From positions 8,994 through 72,993 of the forward strand of contig CAWBBU010000013.1 in the NCBI GenBank assembly GCA_963787105.1: a stretch of 64,000 nucleotides of DNA. The letters run 5' to 3'. Position 1 is the stretch's first letter, and the number at the start of each line of letters is the position of its first letter. This document shows positions 32,059 to 41,621 of the stretch, one piece after another. A model generated the notes under the pieces. That model saw nothing but the letters and a program-made list of their open reading frames with translations. It searched no databases and had not been told where the DNA came from. Both the position numbers and the translations under genes were made by a program. This DNA comes from an uncultured Bacillota bacterium. Its GTDB lineage: Bacteria > Sysuimicrobiota > Sysuimicrobiia > Sysuimicrobiales > Segetimicrobiaceae.

Positions 32059-32676
32059 CTACGGCAGGCCCTGAATGCGCTGAATGGCGGCCACTTCCCC
32101 GCCGCACCAGGCCGACCCTTTCGCATCCAGGTCGGCGAGCGTCGCGGTGTAGAACATCACGCAGCCGCGCTCGTGCGACGATTGGAATCCGAATGTAAAC
32201 CCGAGCTGCCGGCGCAGGATCTTGCGGTCGCGGTCCGCGGTGAGCGCCGCGTTCGGGCTATTCAGGCGAGCGACCGACATCACCGAGTTGCGCCGCCCGT
32301 CGGTGGTCGCGAAGACGTAGCTGCTGCCCGGCGCGTAGATATCCTGGCTCGTGATGCCGATGAGCCGGATGTTCTCGCCGCCGGGCTGCCGCTGGAGCGC
32401 GAGCAGCAGCACGTCGACGTTGAACTGGCGCCGGGTCCGGTCGAACGCCGCCACCGGCAGCGGGAGCGGGCGGTCAAGCGCGATCGTGATGTGCGGGAAG
32501 TCCTGCCGCAGGACCGTGACGATCTGTTGGAGGTCGCTTGGGGGCACCAGGCTGAACGGGACGACGCGGATTTCCTTTACGACGTAGTGGATCGGCCCCG
32601 GCCGGACGGCCTGCCTCCCGATCAGGAGGGCCGCGACCACCCCCACGACGGCCAGCGCCCCGAGCACAACGAGCAC
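32059..32676 (-). CDS. Membrane-anchored archaemetzincin-like protein lacking the zinc-binding His motif
   Basis: AFDRTRRQFNVD, LIGITSQDIY...SYVFA, VMSVARL, GCVM, DAKG...WC. HExxH is replaced by RQLGF. Confidence 0.65.
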   Translation of the reverse strand: MLVVLGALAVVGVVAALLIGRQAVRPGPIHYVVKEIRVVPFSLVPPSDLQQIVTVLRQDFPHITIALDRPLPLPVAAFDRTRRQFNVDVLLLALQRQPGGENIRLIGITSQDIYAPGSSYVFATTDGRRNSVMSVARLNSPNAALTADRDRKILRRQLGFTFGFQSSHERGCVMFYTATLADLDAKGSAWCGGEVAAIQRIQGLP

Positions 32677-32781
32677 GAGGGGAGGCGCGCGGTGCGGGTC
32701 TTGCGGGCTGTCGGTGCGGGTCGTAGACGTGGCCGTCGAATCTCCCCCGGGGTGGCGCGGACGCGCACGCGCGCCGAGTCG

Positions 32782-33996
32782 TCAGTCCTCCGTGTCGGCG
32801 AGCCGCGCCTGACGCAGCGTCCGCTCCCCGAACCGCGTGTTGATCGCATCCACGACGCGGTCAACCTGCTCGCGGCGCCCGCCGTCATCGAACAACAGGG
32901 TCTGCCGCGCTCCGGAGGCGGTCAGCCGAGACGCGCTCACACCGAGCAGGCGGACGGGACGCGGCAGCGGCAAGAGGCGCGTCCAGAGCCGCGTCGCGGC
33001 GTGATGCAGATCGACCCCGCTGTCGGTCGGCCACGCCAGCATAACACCGCGCGTGATCGTGCGGAAGTCGGCGTAGCGGACCTTGAGCGTCAGCGCGCCC
33101 GCCAGCACGCCCTCACGTCGGAGGCGCTGCGCCACGTCGTCCGCGAGATCGAGCAGGACACGCCCCAGCGCGTCAAGGTCGGCGGTATCCACTCCAAACG
33201 TCCGCTCGCGCCCGATCGATTTCGCATCCTGGCCGACGACGACCGCGCGGTCGTCGAGGCCGCGGCTGAGCCGGGCGAGCTGCTCCGCAATCGAGCCGAG
33301 CGACGCGCGCAGCGTCGACACCGGCGTGCGCCGCAGTGCGCCGACCGTCGCGATCCCGAGGGCCGCGAGCCGCTGGCGCGTTTCGTCGCCCACGCCCCAC
33401 AGCGCGGTGACCGGCAGCGGATCGAGCACCGCCACCGCCTCGTGGTGATGGATCCGCCGCAGGCCGTCGGGCTTGGCGAGCTCGCTCGCGAGCTTGGCCA
33501 GAAACTTGTTGGGCGCGACGCCGAGGGAGGCCGGCAGCCCGAGCGCGTCGCGGATCTTGGCTTTGATCGCCGCCGCGATCGCGCGGCCGGGATCGCCGCC
33601 CGGCGCGGCGCCGGCGGGGACGGGACATCCGGTCAGATCAAGAAACGCCTCGTCGATCGACAGCGGCTCGATCTGCGGCGTGAATGTCTCGAGCAGGTCG
33701 AAGAGTTGCGCGGACACCGCGCGGTACTTGTCCATCGCCACCGGCAGAAAGACCGCGTGGGGGCAGCGGGCTTTCGCCTCGCGCGAGGGCATCGCCGAGT
33801 GGACCCCGTAGGTCCGCGCCTCATAGGACGCCGCGGCCACGACACCGCGGGCATCCGGCGGTGCGCCGACGACCACCGGCCGCCCGCGAAGCGCCGGCGT
33901 GTCGCGCACCTCGATCGACGCATAGAACGCGTCCATGTCGACGTGCGCGACGACCCGCGTCTCGGCGATCTCCGGCCGGCTCTCGTTCTGGCGCAC
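32782..33996 (-). CDS. dinB: DNA polymerase IV (Y family)
   Basis: AHVDMDAFYASIE, AASYEARTYGVHSAMP, PLSIDEAFLD, NKFLAKLAS..KPDG, LWGVG, KSIGRERTF. Confidence 0.95.
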   Translation of the reverse strand: MRQNESRPEIAETRVVAHVDMDAFYASIEVRDTPALRGRPVVVGAPPDARGVVAAASYEARTYGVHSAMPSREAKARCPHAVFLPVAMDKYRAVSAQLFDLLETFTPQIEPLSIDEAFLDLTGCPVPAGAAPGGDPGRAIAAAIKAKIRDALGLPASLGVAPNKFLAKLASELAKPDGLRRIHHHEAVAVLDPLPVTALWGVGDETRQRLAALGIATVGALRRTPVSTLRASLGSIAEQLARLSRGLDDRAVVVGQDAKSIGRERTFGVDTADLDALGRVLLDLADDVAQRLRREGVLAGALTLKVRYADFRTITRGVMLAWPTDSGVDLHHAATRLWTRLLPLPRPVRLLGVSASRLTASGARQTLLFDDGGRREQVDRVVDAINTRFGERTLRQARLADTED

Positions 33997-34012
33997 TGCG
34001 GCTCCATGCTAT

Positions 34013-34026
34013 CGAACTGTTGTTCG
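34013..34026. promoter_or_regulatory. LexA (SOS) box, Gram-positive type
   Basis: CGAAC-TGTT-GTTCG, 17 bp upstream of the dinB start and just downstream of its -10 box. Confidence 0.8.
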
Positions 34027-34032
34027 TGTCTG

Positions 34033-34062
34033 ATTGTACTGCCGGGACGCAGAATGGGTCAA
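34033..34062 (-). promoter_or_regulatory. Sigma70-type promoter of dinB
   Basis: TTGACC (34062-57) - 18 bp - TACAAT (34038-33) on the minus strand. Confidence 0.7.
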
Positions 34063-34128
34063 GCGGTGAGCGATCGTTGAATCCGTCAGGACGGGAGGCA
34101 GCCCGATCGTCGGGTGCCGGAGCAGGGC

Positions 34129-34932
34129 CTAGCGGCAGACGGGGTCGAGCGCCTGCCTCGTCATCGCGAGGCCATTATTGCGAAATCCCCACGCGAACAC
34201 CCCCACCACCTGATTGTGCGCGTTGATCACCGGAGACCCGCTCGCGCCCGGCTCAGGATCCTCACCGAGCCGCATCGCGACAAGCCGCGTGCCGTCGCGC
34301 GCCCGGTCGAACCCGCTGATCCGGCCGTCGTTCTGCTGGGTGTGCGGGAACAGCGTCCCGAAATCACCGTAGGACACCACGCGCACGCTGTCCCCCACGC
34401 GCGGGTCGGGACCGGCCGCGAGCGACGGAAAGGCCGGCAGCGGGCCGCGATGGGCCGCCGCGTACGGCACACCCGAGCGCTTCAGCACGTCGAACCCGAA
34501 GTGCGGCGGAATCAGGTGAATCTCCGCGAGGTCGCGCTGGGGTTCAATCGACAGTTCCGCGTGCCCGAGGACCGCCGGGGGCAATTGGCTCGCGCAGAGC
34601 ACGGTCGCCCCGTAGAATTGCCCGTTCCACACGGCCAGCAGCTCATAGGTCTGAGGGTACTCGAGCGCCGGAAACACGACGTGACTGTTGGTGAGTGCCG
34701 TCCCATCCGTCCCGATGAAGAACGCCGTGCCTTCCCGGAAGTCCACCCACAGGCCCCGCTTCGCGGTCGTCGGGCCGGACCGTGCGAGCACCATGACTTC
34801 AAAGATGCCCTGCAGCGGCCGCGACTGCGCGACGACCGGCACGGCAAGGGCGGCGGCCGCCATCACGCTTGCGAGTCCGCAGGCAAGCGCCCGCGCCGCC
34901 CACATCCGTGCCTTCAACGGGATCGACCTCAT
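34129..34932 (-). CDS. Secreted trypsin-like serine protease
   Basis: Signal-like N-terminus; triad motifs ALTNSHVV, RDLA and GASGSP. Confidence 0.8.
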   Translation of the reverse strand: MRSIPLKARMWAARALACGLASVMAAAALAVPVVAQSRPLQGIFEVMVLARSGPTTAKRGLWVDFREGTAFFIGTDGTALTNSHVVFPALEYPQTYELLAVWNGQFYGATVLCASQLPPAVLGHAELSIEPQRDLAEIHLIPPHFGFDVLKRSGVPYAAAHRGPLPAFPSLAAGPDPRVGDSVRVVSYGDFGTLFPHTQQNDGRISGFDRARDGTRLVAMRLGEDPEPGASGSPVINAHNQVVGVFAWGFRNNGLAMTRQALDPVCR

Positions 34933-35149
34933 GATCGCGCTCCACTTCTCGGTCACAGTCGTATGCTGCCGGCACCGCGGTCGTCCCCAGCGTAGCGCAC
35001 GCCGCCGCGCCATGCTATGGGTCTTTGAGCCCGCACGGGATGGCCACCGGTACTACTCCGGATCCTGCGCGCGAGCCGCCGCCCCCATGACACTGTATGC
35101 CCGAAACGGACCGCGCACAGCGCGCGCCGCCTGCGACACGCCGCGATCG

Positions 35150-36046
35150 TTACAGGACGCGCATCCGAGGATCAAACGCATCGCGCAGGCCGTCGCCGAG
35201 CAGATTGAACGCCATGATGGCGAAAAAAATGGCGAGGCCCGGAAACAGCGCGATGAACCACGACGACAAGAGGTAATTCACCGCGTCCCCGAGCATCGTG
35301 CCCCATTCCGGCGTCGGCGGCCGCACCCCGAGGCCGAGGAACCCCAGGCCGGCCGCGGTGAGGATCGCGAGGCCGATCTGCAGCGAGGACTGCACGATGA
35401 TCGGGGCCGCGGTGTTGGGCAGGACGTGCCGCAGCATGATCCGCCAGTCGCGCATGCCGATCGACCGCGCGGACTCGACGTACGTGAGCTCCCGGGTCGA
35501 CAGCGTCACGCCCCGGATGAGGCGCACGTAGACCGGGATCGATGAGATCCCCACGCTCAGGATCACGTTGGTCAGCCCGACCCCGAGCAGGCTGATCAGC
35601 GTGAGCGCGAGCAGGAACCCCGGAAACGCGAGCATCACATCCATCACCCGCTGGATCACGAGATCGAACAGTCCGCTGTAATACCCCGACATGAGCCCGA
35701 GGGGGACGCCGACCGCCGCGGCGAGCGCGACCGCCACCACGCCGATCAGGAGCGAGATGCGCCCGCCGTACACGACCCGCGTCAAGAGATCGCGCCCCAA
35801 CTGGTCCGTGCCGAACGGGTGGGCCAGCGTCGGCGGGTGCAGCGCGTTGTCGAGATCCGCGCTGTTCGGATTGTACGGCAGGATCGCGGGGGCGAGCAGC
35901 GACGACGCCACCATCGCCAGCAGGATGACGAGCCCGGCCACCGCGATCTTATTGCGCCCCAAGCGGCGCAGCACCGCGAGCGGGTGATGGAACTCCCGCT
36001 CGCTCGGGCGGTCAACTGTACTTAATGCGGGGGTCGATGTAGCCAT
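35150..36046 (-). CDS. Peptide ABC transporter permease (OppC-like); start uncertain
   Basis: HPFGTDQLGRDLLTRVVYGGRISL, YVESARSIG, HVLPN, GLGVRPPTPEWG, GDGLRDAFDP. Confidence 0.88.
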   Translation of the reverse strand: MATSTPALSTVDRPSEREFHHPLAVLRRLGRNKIAVAGLVILLAMVASSLLAPAILPYNPNSADLDNALHPPTLAHPFGTDQLGRDLLTRVVYGGRISLLIGVVAVALAAAVGVPLGLMSGYYSGLFDLVIQRVMDVMLAFPGFLLALTLISLLGVGLTNVILSVGISSIPVYVRLIRGVTLSTRELTYVESARSIGMRDWRIMLRHVLPNTAAPIIVQSSLQIGLAILTAAGLGFLGLGVRPPTPEWGTMLGDAVNYLLSSWFIALFPGLAIFFAIMAFNLLGDGLRDAFDPRMRVL

Positions 36047-36944
36047 AGAGAATGTCGACCGCGAGATTGATCACGAGAAACGTGAGCGCGAACAGCAGCA
36101 CGACCCCCTGAATGATGGGGTAGTCGCGCGCCTGGATGGAGTTCACCAGCAGCGTCCCGATGCCGGGCCACGAGAACGTCCGCTCGGTCAGGATCGCTCC
36201 CCCGAGCAGCGTCGCGGACTGGAGGCCCACGACCGTGACCACCGGGATCAGCGAGTTTCGCAGCGCGTGGCGGTAGACCACCCACCCTTCCGCGAGGCCC
36301 TTGGCGCGGGCCGTGCGGACATAGTCCTGCCGCAGCGTCTCGAGCATGCTGCTGCGGGTCTGGCGCTCGATGATCGCGAGGCTGAACGCGGCGAGCGCGA
36401 TCGACGGCAGAATGAGGCTGAGGGGGCTCGCGTCCCCGCCGGCCGGCAGCACGTGCAGGCCGACCGCGAAGACCATCATCAGCATCAGCCCGAGCCAGAA
36501 CACGGGGATGCTGATCCCGGCGAGCGCGAGCACGGTGATGACGTAGTCCGTCGAGGTATACTGGCGCGTGCTGACGATCAGGCCGGACGCCACGCCAAAG
36601 AGCACGGACAGGACCGTGGCGGTCGCCGCCAGCAGCGCCGTGGCCGGGAGCCGGACGCCGATCTCGTACAGCACGGGCGCCTGCGTGACGGTGGACTTCC
36701 CCAGATCGCCGTGCACGAGACCGCCGAGAAAGAGCGCGTACTGGACCGGCACCGGTTTGGTGAGGCCGAGCTGCACGCGAATCCGGTCGACCTCGTCCTG
36801 CGTCGCGAGCAGGCCGGCGAGCAGCCGCGCGGGGTCGCCCGGCAGCATGCGCACCATAAAGAAGACGATCAGGGTGACGCCGAACACCGTCGGGATCGCC
36901 GCCACCAGCCGGCGCACCGCAAAACCAACAAACCCTCCAGTCAC
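36012..36944 (-). CDS. Peptide ABC transporter permease (OppB-like)
   Basis: MLPGDPAR, DLGKS, SIPVFWLG, QDYVRTARAKGL, HALRNSLIP, FSWPGIG, RDYPIIQG. Confidence 0.9.
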   Translation of the reverse strand: MTGGFVGFAVRRLVAAIPTVFGVTLIVFFMVRMLPGDPARLLAGLLATQDEVDRIRVQLGLTKPVPVQYALFLGGLVHGDLGKSTVTQAPVLYEIGVRLPATALLAATATVLSVLFGVASGLIVSTRQYTSTDYVITVLALAGISIPVFWLGLMLMMVFAVGLHVLPAGGDASPLSLILPSIALAAFSLAIIERQTRSSMLETLRQDYVRTARAKGLAEGWVVYRHALRNSLIPVVTVVGLQSATLLGGAILTERTFSWPGIGTLLVNSIQARDYPIIQGVVLLFALTFLVINLAVDILYGYIDPRIKYS

Positions 36945-36980
36945 GGCGCCTCCTGCGTGCTGAACTACGCTCTCAATATG

Positions 36981-38180
36981 CTACCCGCCCGCCGGGTCCT
37001 GCTCTGCCGGCACGAGGCCGCGTACGGCCAGCGCGCAGACGCCCAGGAGGGCCGCCGCCATCCCGAACACGGGGCGGATCCCGAAGAGCGCGGAGCACAG
37101 TCCGCCGATGAGCGGTCCGAGCAGGCCCCCGAGCATGAGCGCGCTGCTGGTAATGCCCATGATTCCACCGAGGCGTTCGGGCGGCGCGAGCCGGGCCACG
37201 AGCGCGTAGAGGGGCGGCAGGAGGCCGCCGATGAAAAACCCGAGCAGCACCCGGAACACCAGCAGCGTGTAGGTCGAGTGGACCACGGCCTGGAGCGCGT
37301 ACGCGACGCAGGCGCCCATCAGCACGAAGACGATCACGCGGCTCTGGCTGGCGCTGTCGGCCATCCGGCCCCAGATCGGCGCGCCGATCATCGAGGCGAT
37401 CCCCGTCGCGGAGAACAGGAAGCCTGAGATGGTCGCGATGTGGGCGGCCGGCACGCCGAGGGTCTCCACGTACAAGGGAAACATCGGCTCGACCGCCAGC
37501 ACGGCCACCTGACTGGCGCACAGCAGCAGCGCGATCGTGCGGAGCGATGGCGAGCGGAAGAAATAGGCCAGGTTCTCGCGCACGCCGCCCTTCACGGCCT
37601 GCGCGGCCTCCTGCACGGGCTCGCGGACGCCCCACAGCACCACCCCGGCCGCGACCCAGCACATCAGCCCGTTGACGACGAAGACGCGCCGGTAGCCGGT
37701 GAGATCGGCGAGCGCGCCGCCGACGAGCGGCCCCACCACCGCCCCCGCGGTGAGCGAGGTCTGCAGCACCCCGAGCACGGCGCCGAGCCGGTCGCGCGGG
37801 ACCGACGACGAGATCAGCGCGTTGGTCGCCGACACGAAGCCGCTCACGGCGCCCTGCGCCCCGCGCAGGCCGAGCAGCTGCCACGGGTTCGTGACGAACG
37901 ACGTCAGCAGGTTGGTGACGCCGATGCCTCCGAGCGCCCGCAGGATCATGACCTTGCGCCCGTACCGATCGCCGAGCGCGCCCCACAGGGGCGCGGCGAG
38001 GGTCATCGCGAGAAACGGCGCCGCGAACAGCACCCCGCTCCACCGCTCCACCGAGGCGAGCCCGCCGACTCCGAGGGTGCCGATGTAGAGCGGCATGAAC
38101 GGCACCACCAGCGACAGGCCGAGCTGCGCGATGAACTGCGCGGCCCACAGCGTATAGAGATTACGGCGCCACGGCTCCAC
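36981..38180 (-). CDS. MFS transporter (MdtG/DHA1-like)
   Basis: WRRNLYTLWAAQF, PLWGALGDRYGRKVMILRA, GPLVGGAL. Alternative ATG start at 38258. Confidence 0.85.
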   Translation of the reverse strand: MEPWRRNLYTLWAAQFIAQLGLSLVVPFMPLYIGTLGVGGLASVERWSGVLFAAPFLAMTLAAPLWGALGDRYGRKVMILRALGGIGVTNLLTSFVTNPWQLLGLRGAQGAVSGFVSATNALISSSVPRDRLGAVLGVLQTSLTAGAVVGPLVGGALADLTGYRRVFVVNGLMCWVAAGVVLWGVREPVQEAAQAVKGGVRENLAYFFRSPSLRTIALLLCASQVAVLAVEPMFPLYVETLGVPAAHIATISGFLFSATGIASMIGAPIWGRMADSASQSRVIVFVLMGACVAYALQAVVHSTYTLLVFRVLLGFFIGGLLPPLYALVARLAPPERLGGIMGITSSALMLGGLLGPLIGGLCSALFGIRPVFGMAAALLGVCALAVRGLVPAEQDPAGG

Positions 38181-38280
38181 TACGCGCGCCCTGGTGCCGC
38201 TGGGGTGCGGCAGGTGTTGGCGCGCCGCCGCGAGAATTTCACGGACGCGCTCCCACATTCGGTTTCCGGAGGCCCCTCTG

Positions 38281-38970
38281 ATGTCCACGCTGTCCCCCGA
38301 TGCGTTCGCGCGGCTGCGCGCGATCCCGACCCCCGCCGTCTCCAACGGCATTGAGGTCTTCGACGTGCGGCCGCGTACGGCCGGGTTTATGTCGAGCGAG
38401 ATCCGCTGCATCCTGCCCGAGCTCGGCCCGATGCTCGGCTACGCGGTCACCGCGACGTGCCGGGCGGCGGAGCGGCCGCCGAAGGACGCCAACGAGCGGC
38501 GCATCGCGATGTGGCGCGCGATCGAAGAGATCCCCGCCCCCCGCGTGATCGTGATTCAGGACCTCGACACCCCGCCCGGGATCGGCGCGTACTGGGGCGA
38601 GGTCCAGAGCAACATCCACCGCGCGCTCGGGTGCGTCGGCACCGTGACGAACGGCAGCGTGCGGGATCTCGACGAAGTGCGGGCGCTCGGGTTCCACTTC
38701 TTCGCCGGAAGCGTCGGCGTCTCCCACGCCTATGTACACCTCGTCGGGTTCGGCGAGCCGGTGGACATCGGCGGCCTCACCGTGCGGCCGGGCGACCTGA
38801 TCCAGGGGGACCAGCACGGCGTGCTGTCGATTCCGCTCGACATCGCGGCCCAAGTCGCGGAGGGCGTCGCGAAGGTCGAGCGGGTCGAACGCCAGATCAT
38901 CGAGTACTGCCAGGCTCCGGGGTTCACGCGGGAAGGGCTCGAAGCCGTATTCCGGAAGACACGGGGGTAG
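38281..38970 (+). CDS. RraA family protein (HMG/CHA aldolase-like)
   Basis: PMLGYAVT, GAYWGEV, TNGSVRDLDE, VRPGDLIQGDQHGVLSIP. Confidence 0.82.
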   Translation: MSTLSPDAFARLRAIPTPAVSNGIEVFDVRPRTAGFMSSEIRCILPELGPMLGYAVTATCRAAERPPKDANERRIAMWRAIEEIPAPRVIVIQDLDTPPGIGAYWGEVQSNIHRALGCVGTVTNGSVRDLDEVRALGFHFFAGSVGVSHAYVHLVGFGEPVDIGGLTVRPGDLIQGDQHGVLSIPLDIAAQVAEGVAKVERVERQIIEYCQAPGFTREGLEAVFRKTRG

Positions 38971-38978
38971 CGCGCCGA

Positions 38979-40619
38979 ATGCTTGCGAAAACCGCGTTCT
39001 TCGAAATGCTCGGTCAGCGGGGCGTCCGGCACGTGTTCGGCAACCCGGGAACGACCGAGCTCAATTTCATGGAGATGTTCGCGGACTATCCGGACATCGG
39101 CTACGTGCTCGGCCTGCAGGACGCGATCCCCGTCGGGATGGCGTACGGCTATGCGATGGCCACGGGCGAGCCCGCGGTCGCGAACCTGCACATCACGCCG
39201 GGGCTCGCGAACGGTCTCGGGAACATCTTCAACGCGTACCGCGCGAAAGTCCCGCTCGTGGTCACGGCGGGCCAGCTCGACCGCCGGTCGATCATTCAGG
39301 ATCCGAGCTTGTGGAGCGACCTCGCGGCGCTCGCCAAGCCGTTCACGAAATGGTCGTACGAAATCAAGACGGGCGCCGACGTGCCGCTCGCGCTTGCGCG
39401 CGCGTTCAAGCTCGCGGCCGCCCCCCCGCAGGGGCCGGTGTTTCTCTCGCTCCCGATGGACTGTCTTGACGAAGAGGTCGACGGGCCGGCGCCCTGGACG
39501 GAGATCGCCGGCGGCTCGCGGCCGGGGCCGGACGTGATCGACCGCGTCGCCCGCCTGCTGGCCGAGGCCCGCGACCCGGTCCTCATCGTCGGGGCGGGCG
39601 CGGCGACTTCGGAGGCGCGCACCGCGCTCGTCCGCATCGCGGACGCGACCGGCGCGAGGGTGTACGGGGAGCGGCTGCCGGTCCGGTCCGCGTTCCCGAC
39701 CGACCACCCGCAGTACTTCGGCATGATCGGCCTGTCGCTCGCGCAGCTGCGCCGCGAGCTGGGCGACGCGGATCTCGTGGTGATCGCCGGGGCGCGCAAA
39801 TTCGCCGCGCTCTTGTACACCCCGCCGGTGGCCCTCGCGGAAGGCACGACGGTCGTGCACGTGGACACCGATCCGTGGGAGATCGGCAAGAACATCCCCA
39901 CGACGCTCGGGATTCTCGGCGACGCCGGGGCGATCTTCACCGACATCGCACAGCGCCTCACGGAGCGGATGGACGCCGCGCAGCGGCACGCCGCGGCAAC
40001 GCGGGCGGCGGCCGTGCGCCAGGAACGAACCCGGCGCGCGCAGGAGTGGAAGCAGGCCGCGAGCGTGCCGAAACCCGGCGAGCGCATGACGATGGCCGCC
40101 GCGTACCGCGTCCTCGGCGAGACGGTGGACGATACGGTCACGATCGTCGACGAAGCGATTACCGCGGTGCGCATGATCGACCGGTACGTCCCGTTCCGAA
40201 CCGAACGGTCGTACTTCGGGGTGGCGTCAGGGTCGCTCGGGTTGGGTCTCCCGGCGGCGCTCGGCGCCCAGATGGCGTGGCCGGACCGACGGATCATCTG
40301 CACCGTCGGCGATGGGTCGATCATGTATACGATCCAAGCGCTGTGGACCGCGGCGCACTACCATATTCCGGCGACGATCATGGTCGTCGACAACCGGGCG
40401 TATCAGATTCTTAAGGAAGGCATGGCCCAGTACAAAGGGGCGCCGGTGGCCCCGGATCGCCTGATCGGGATGGACCTCACCGGGCCGGCGGTAGACCTCC
40501 CGGCCGTCGCCCGCGGCTTCGGGGTCCAGGCACGGCTCGTGAGCGACCCCGGCGAACTCCGTGAGGCCCTCGCCGAGCGGAGCACGGAGCCGCGGCTGCT
40601 CGACGTGCTCGTCCAGTAG
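38979..40619 (+). CDS. ThDP-dependent decarboxylase (benzoylformate decarboxylase-like)
   Basis: HVFGNPGTTEL, NLHITPGLANG, GSLGLGLPAALGA, ThDP motif GDGSIMY...DNRAY. Confidence 0.85.
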   Translation: MLAKTAFFEMLGQRGVRHVFGNPGTTELNFMEMFADYPDIGYVLGLQDAIPVGMAYGYAMATGEPAVANLHITPGLANGLGNIFNAYRAKVPLVVTAGQLDRRSIIQDPSLWSDLAALAKPFTKWSYEIKTGADVPLALARAFKLAAAPPQGPVFLSLPMDCLDEEVDGPAPWTEIAGGSRPGPDVIDRVARLLAEARDPVLIVGAGAATSEARTALVRIADATGARVYGERLPVRSAFPTDHPQYFGMIGLSLAQLRRELGDADLVVIAGARKFAALLYTPPVALAEGTTVVHVDTDPWEIGKNIPTTLGILGDAGAIFTDIAQRLTERMDAAQRHAAATRAAAVRQERTRRAQEWKQAASVPKPGERMTMAAAYRVLGETVDDTVTIVDEAITAVRMIDRYVPFRTERSYFGVASGSLGLGLPAALGAQMAWPDRRIICTVGDGSIMYTIQALWTAAHYHIPATIMVVDNRAYQILKEGMAQYKGAPVAPDRLIGMDLTGPAVDLPAVARGFGVQARLVSDPGELREALAERSTEPRLLDVLVQ

Positions 40620-40625
40620 GACACG

Positions 40626-41547
40626 TTACGGCGCGGTGAGACCCGCGCGCGGCTCGAGCCAGCCGAGCGGATTCACCGGCAGCCCATTCACGTACAGGCC
40701 CCAGTGCAAGCTGGGGCCCGTGACCAACCCGGTCGCGCCGATGCGCCCGACGACGGCGCCTTGCGCGATCCGGTCGCCTTCCCGCACCGCGAATGCCGAG
40801 AGATGCAGGTACTCAGTCAGCACGCCCTGCCCGTGGTCGATGACCACCGTGTTCCCACCGAGCGGGAGCGCGCGTGCCAGCGCGACGATCCCGGCGCTCG
40901 CGGCCGTCACGGGCGTGCCCGCCGGAGCGTCAAAGTCCACACCGGCGTGCCACCACTCGCGCCGCCCGTTGTAAAAGCTCTGTTCGCCGTAGGGTGAGTC
41001 AATCGGCGCGGCGGACGGCCGTGCGAACGGGCCGGTCCACCACGCCACCGCCGTGCGCCGGCCGAGCACCGGATCGAGCGCTCGGGCTTCGGTCGTGAGA
41101 TTCGCGGACGTGACCAACCCGATCGTCTGCGGCGGCAGTGTCAGCCTGCGGACGCCGAAGTGCCCCGAGCCGAGGCGCACGGTCCGGACGAGCCGCGTCG
41201 GCGCAAGTCCCGGCCGCACCACGACGGCGCGCACGGTGTGGACTCCCGAGTCCCGTGTCCGGGTCTGTCCCCACGAGCGCCCGCCATGCCCCGCCGGCGG
41301 CCGCGTACGCGGGAACGGCCGACCCATCGAACGTCACCGAGACGTGGGCGTCCGCGGACGCGGCCACGAGCACCACGAGCGTGTCGCCCTGCACCGGCGC
41401 GGCCGGCGCGATCTCGAGGGCATCGGCGCCCGTTGGGGTCCCCGCGACGGCTCCGCCGGGCGTGCCGGCCGCGGCCACGACGAGCATGATCGCCCACGCA
41501 AGACGGTACGCGCGCCCGAGCACGTGGTCCCATCGCGACTGCCGCAT
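40626..41547 (-). CDS. Exported M23 (LytM) peptidase-domain protein, frameshift near 41250
   Basis: Signal/TM N-terminus; HAGVD, GNTVVIDHGQG, YLHL, IGATGLVTGPSLHW, VNP. Confidence 0.85.
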
Positions 41548-41621
41548 CCGAGCACCTCCGGCCGATGACCGCACGCGACCGGGACCATCGCGATCACGCC
41601 CCGGCGCGCGTGACGGACGTT

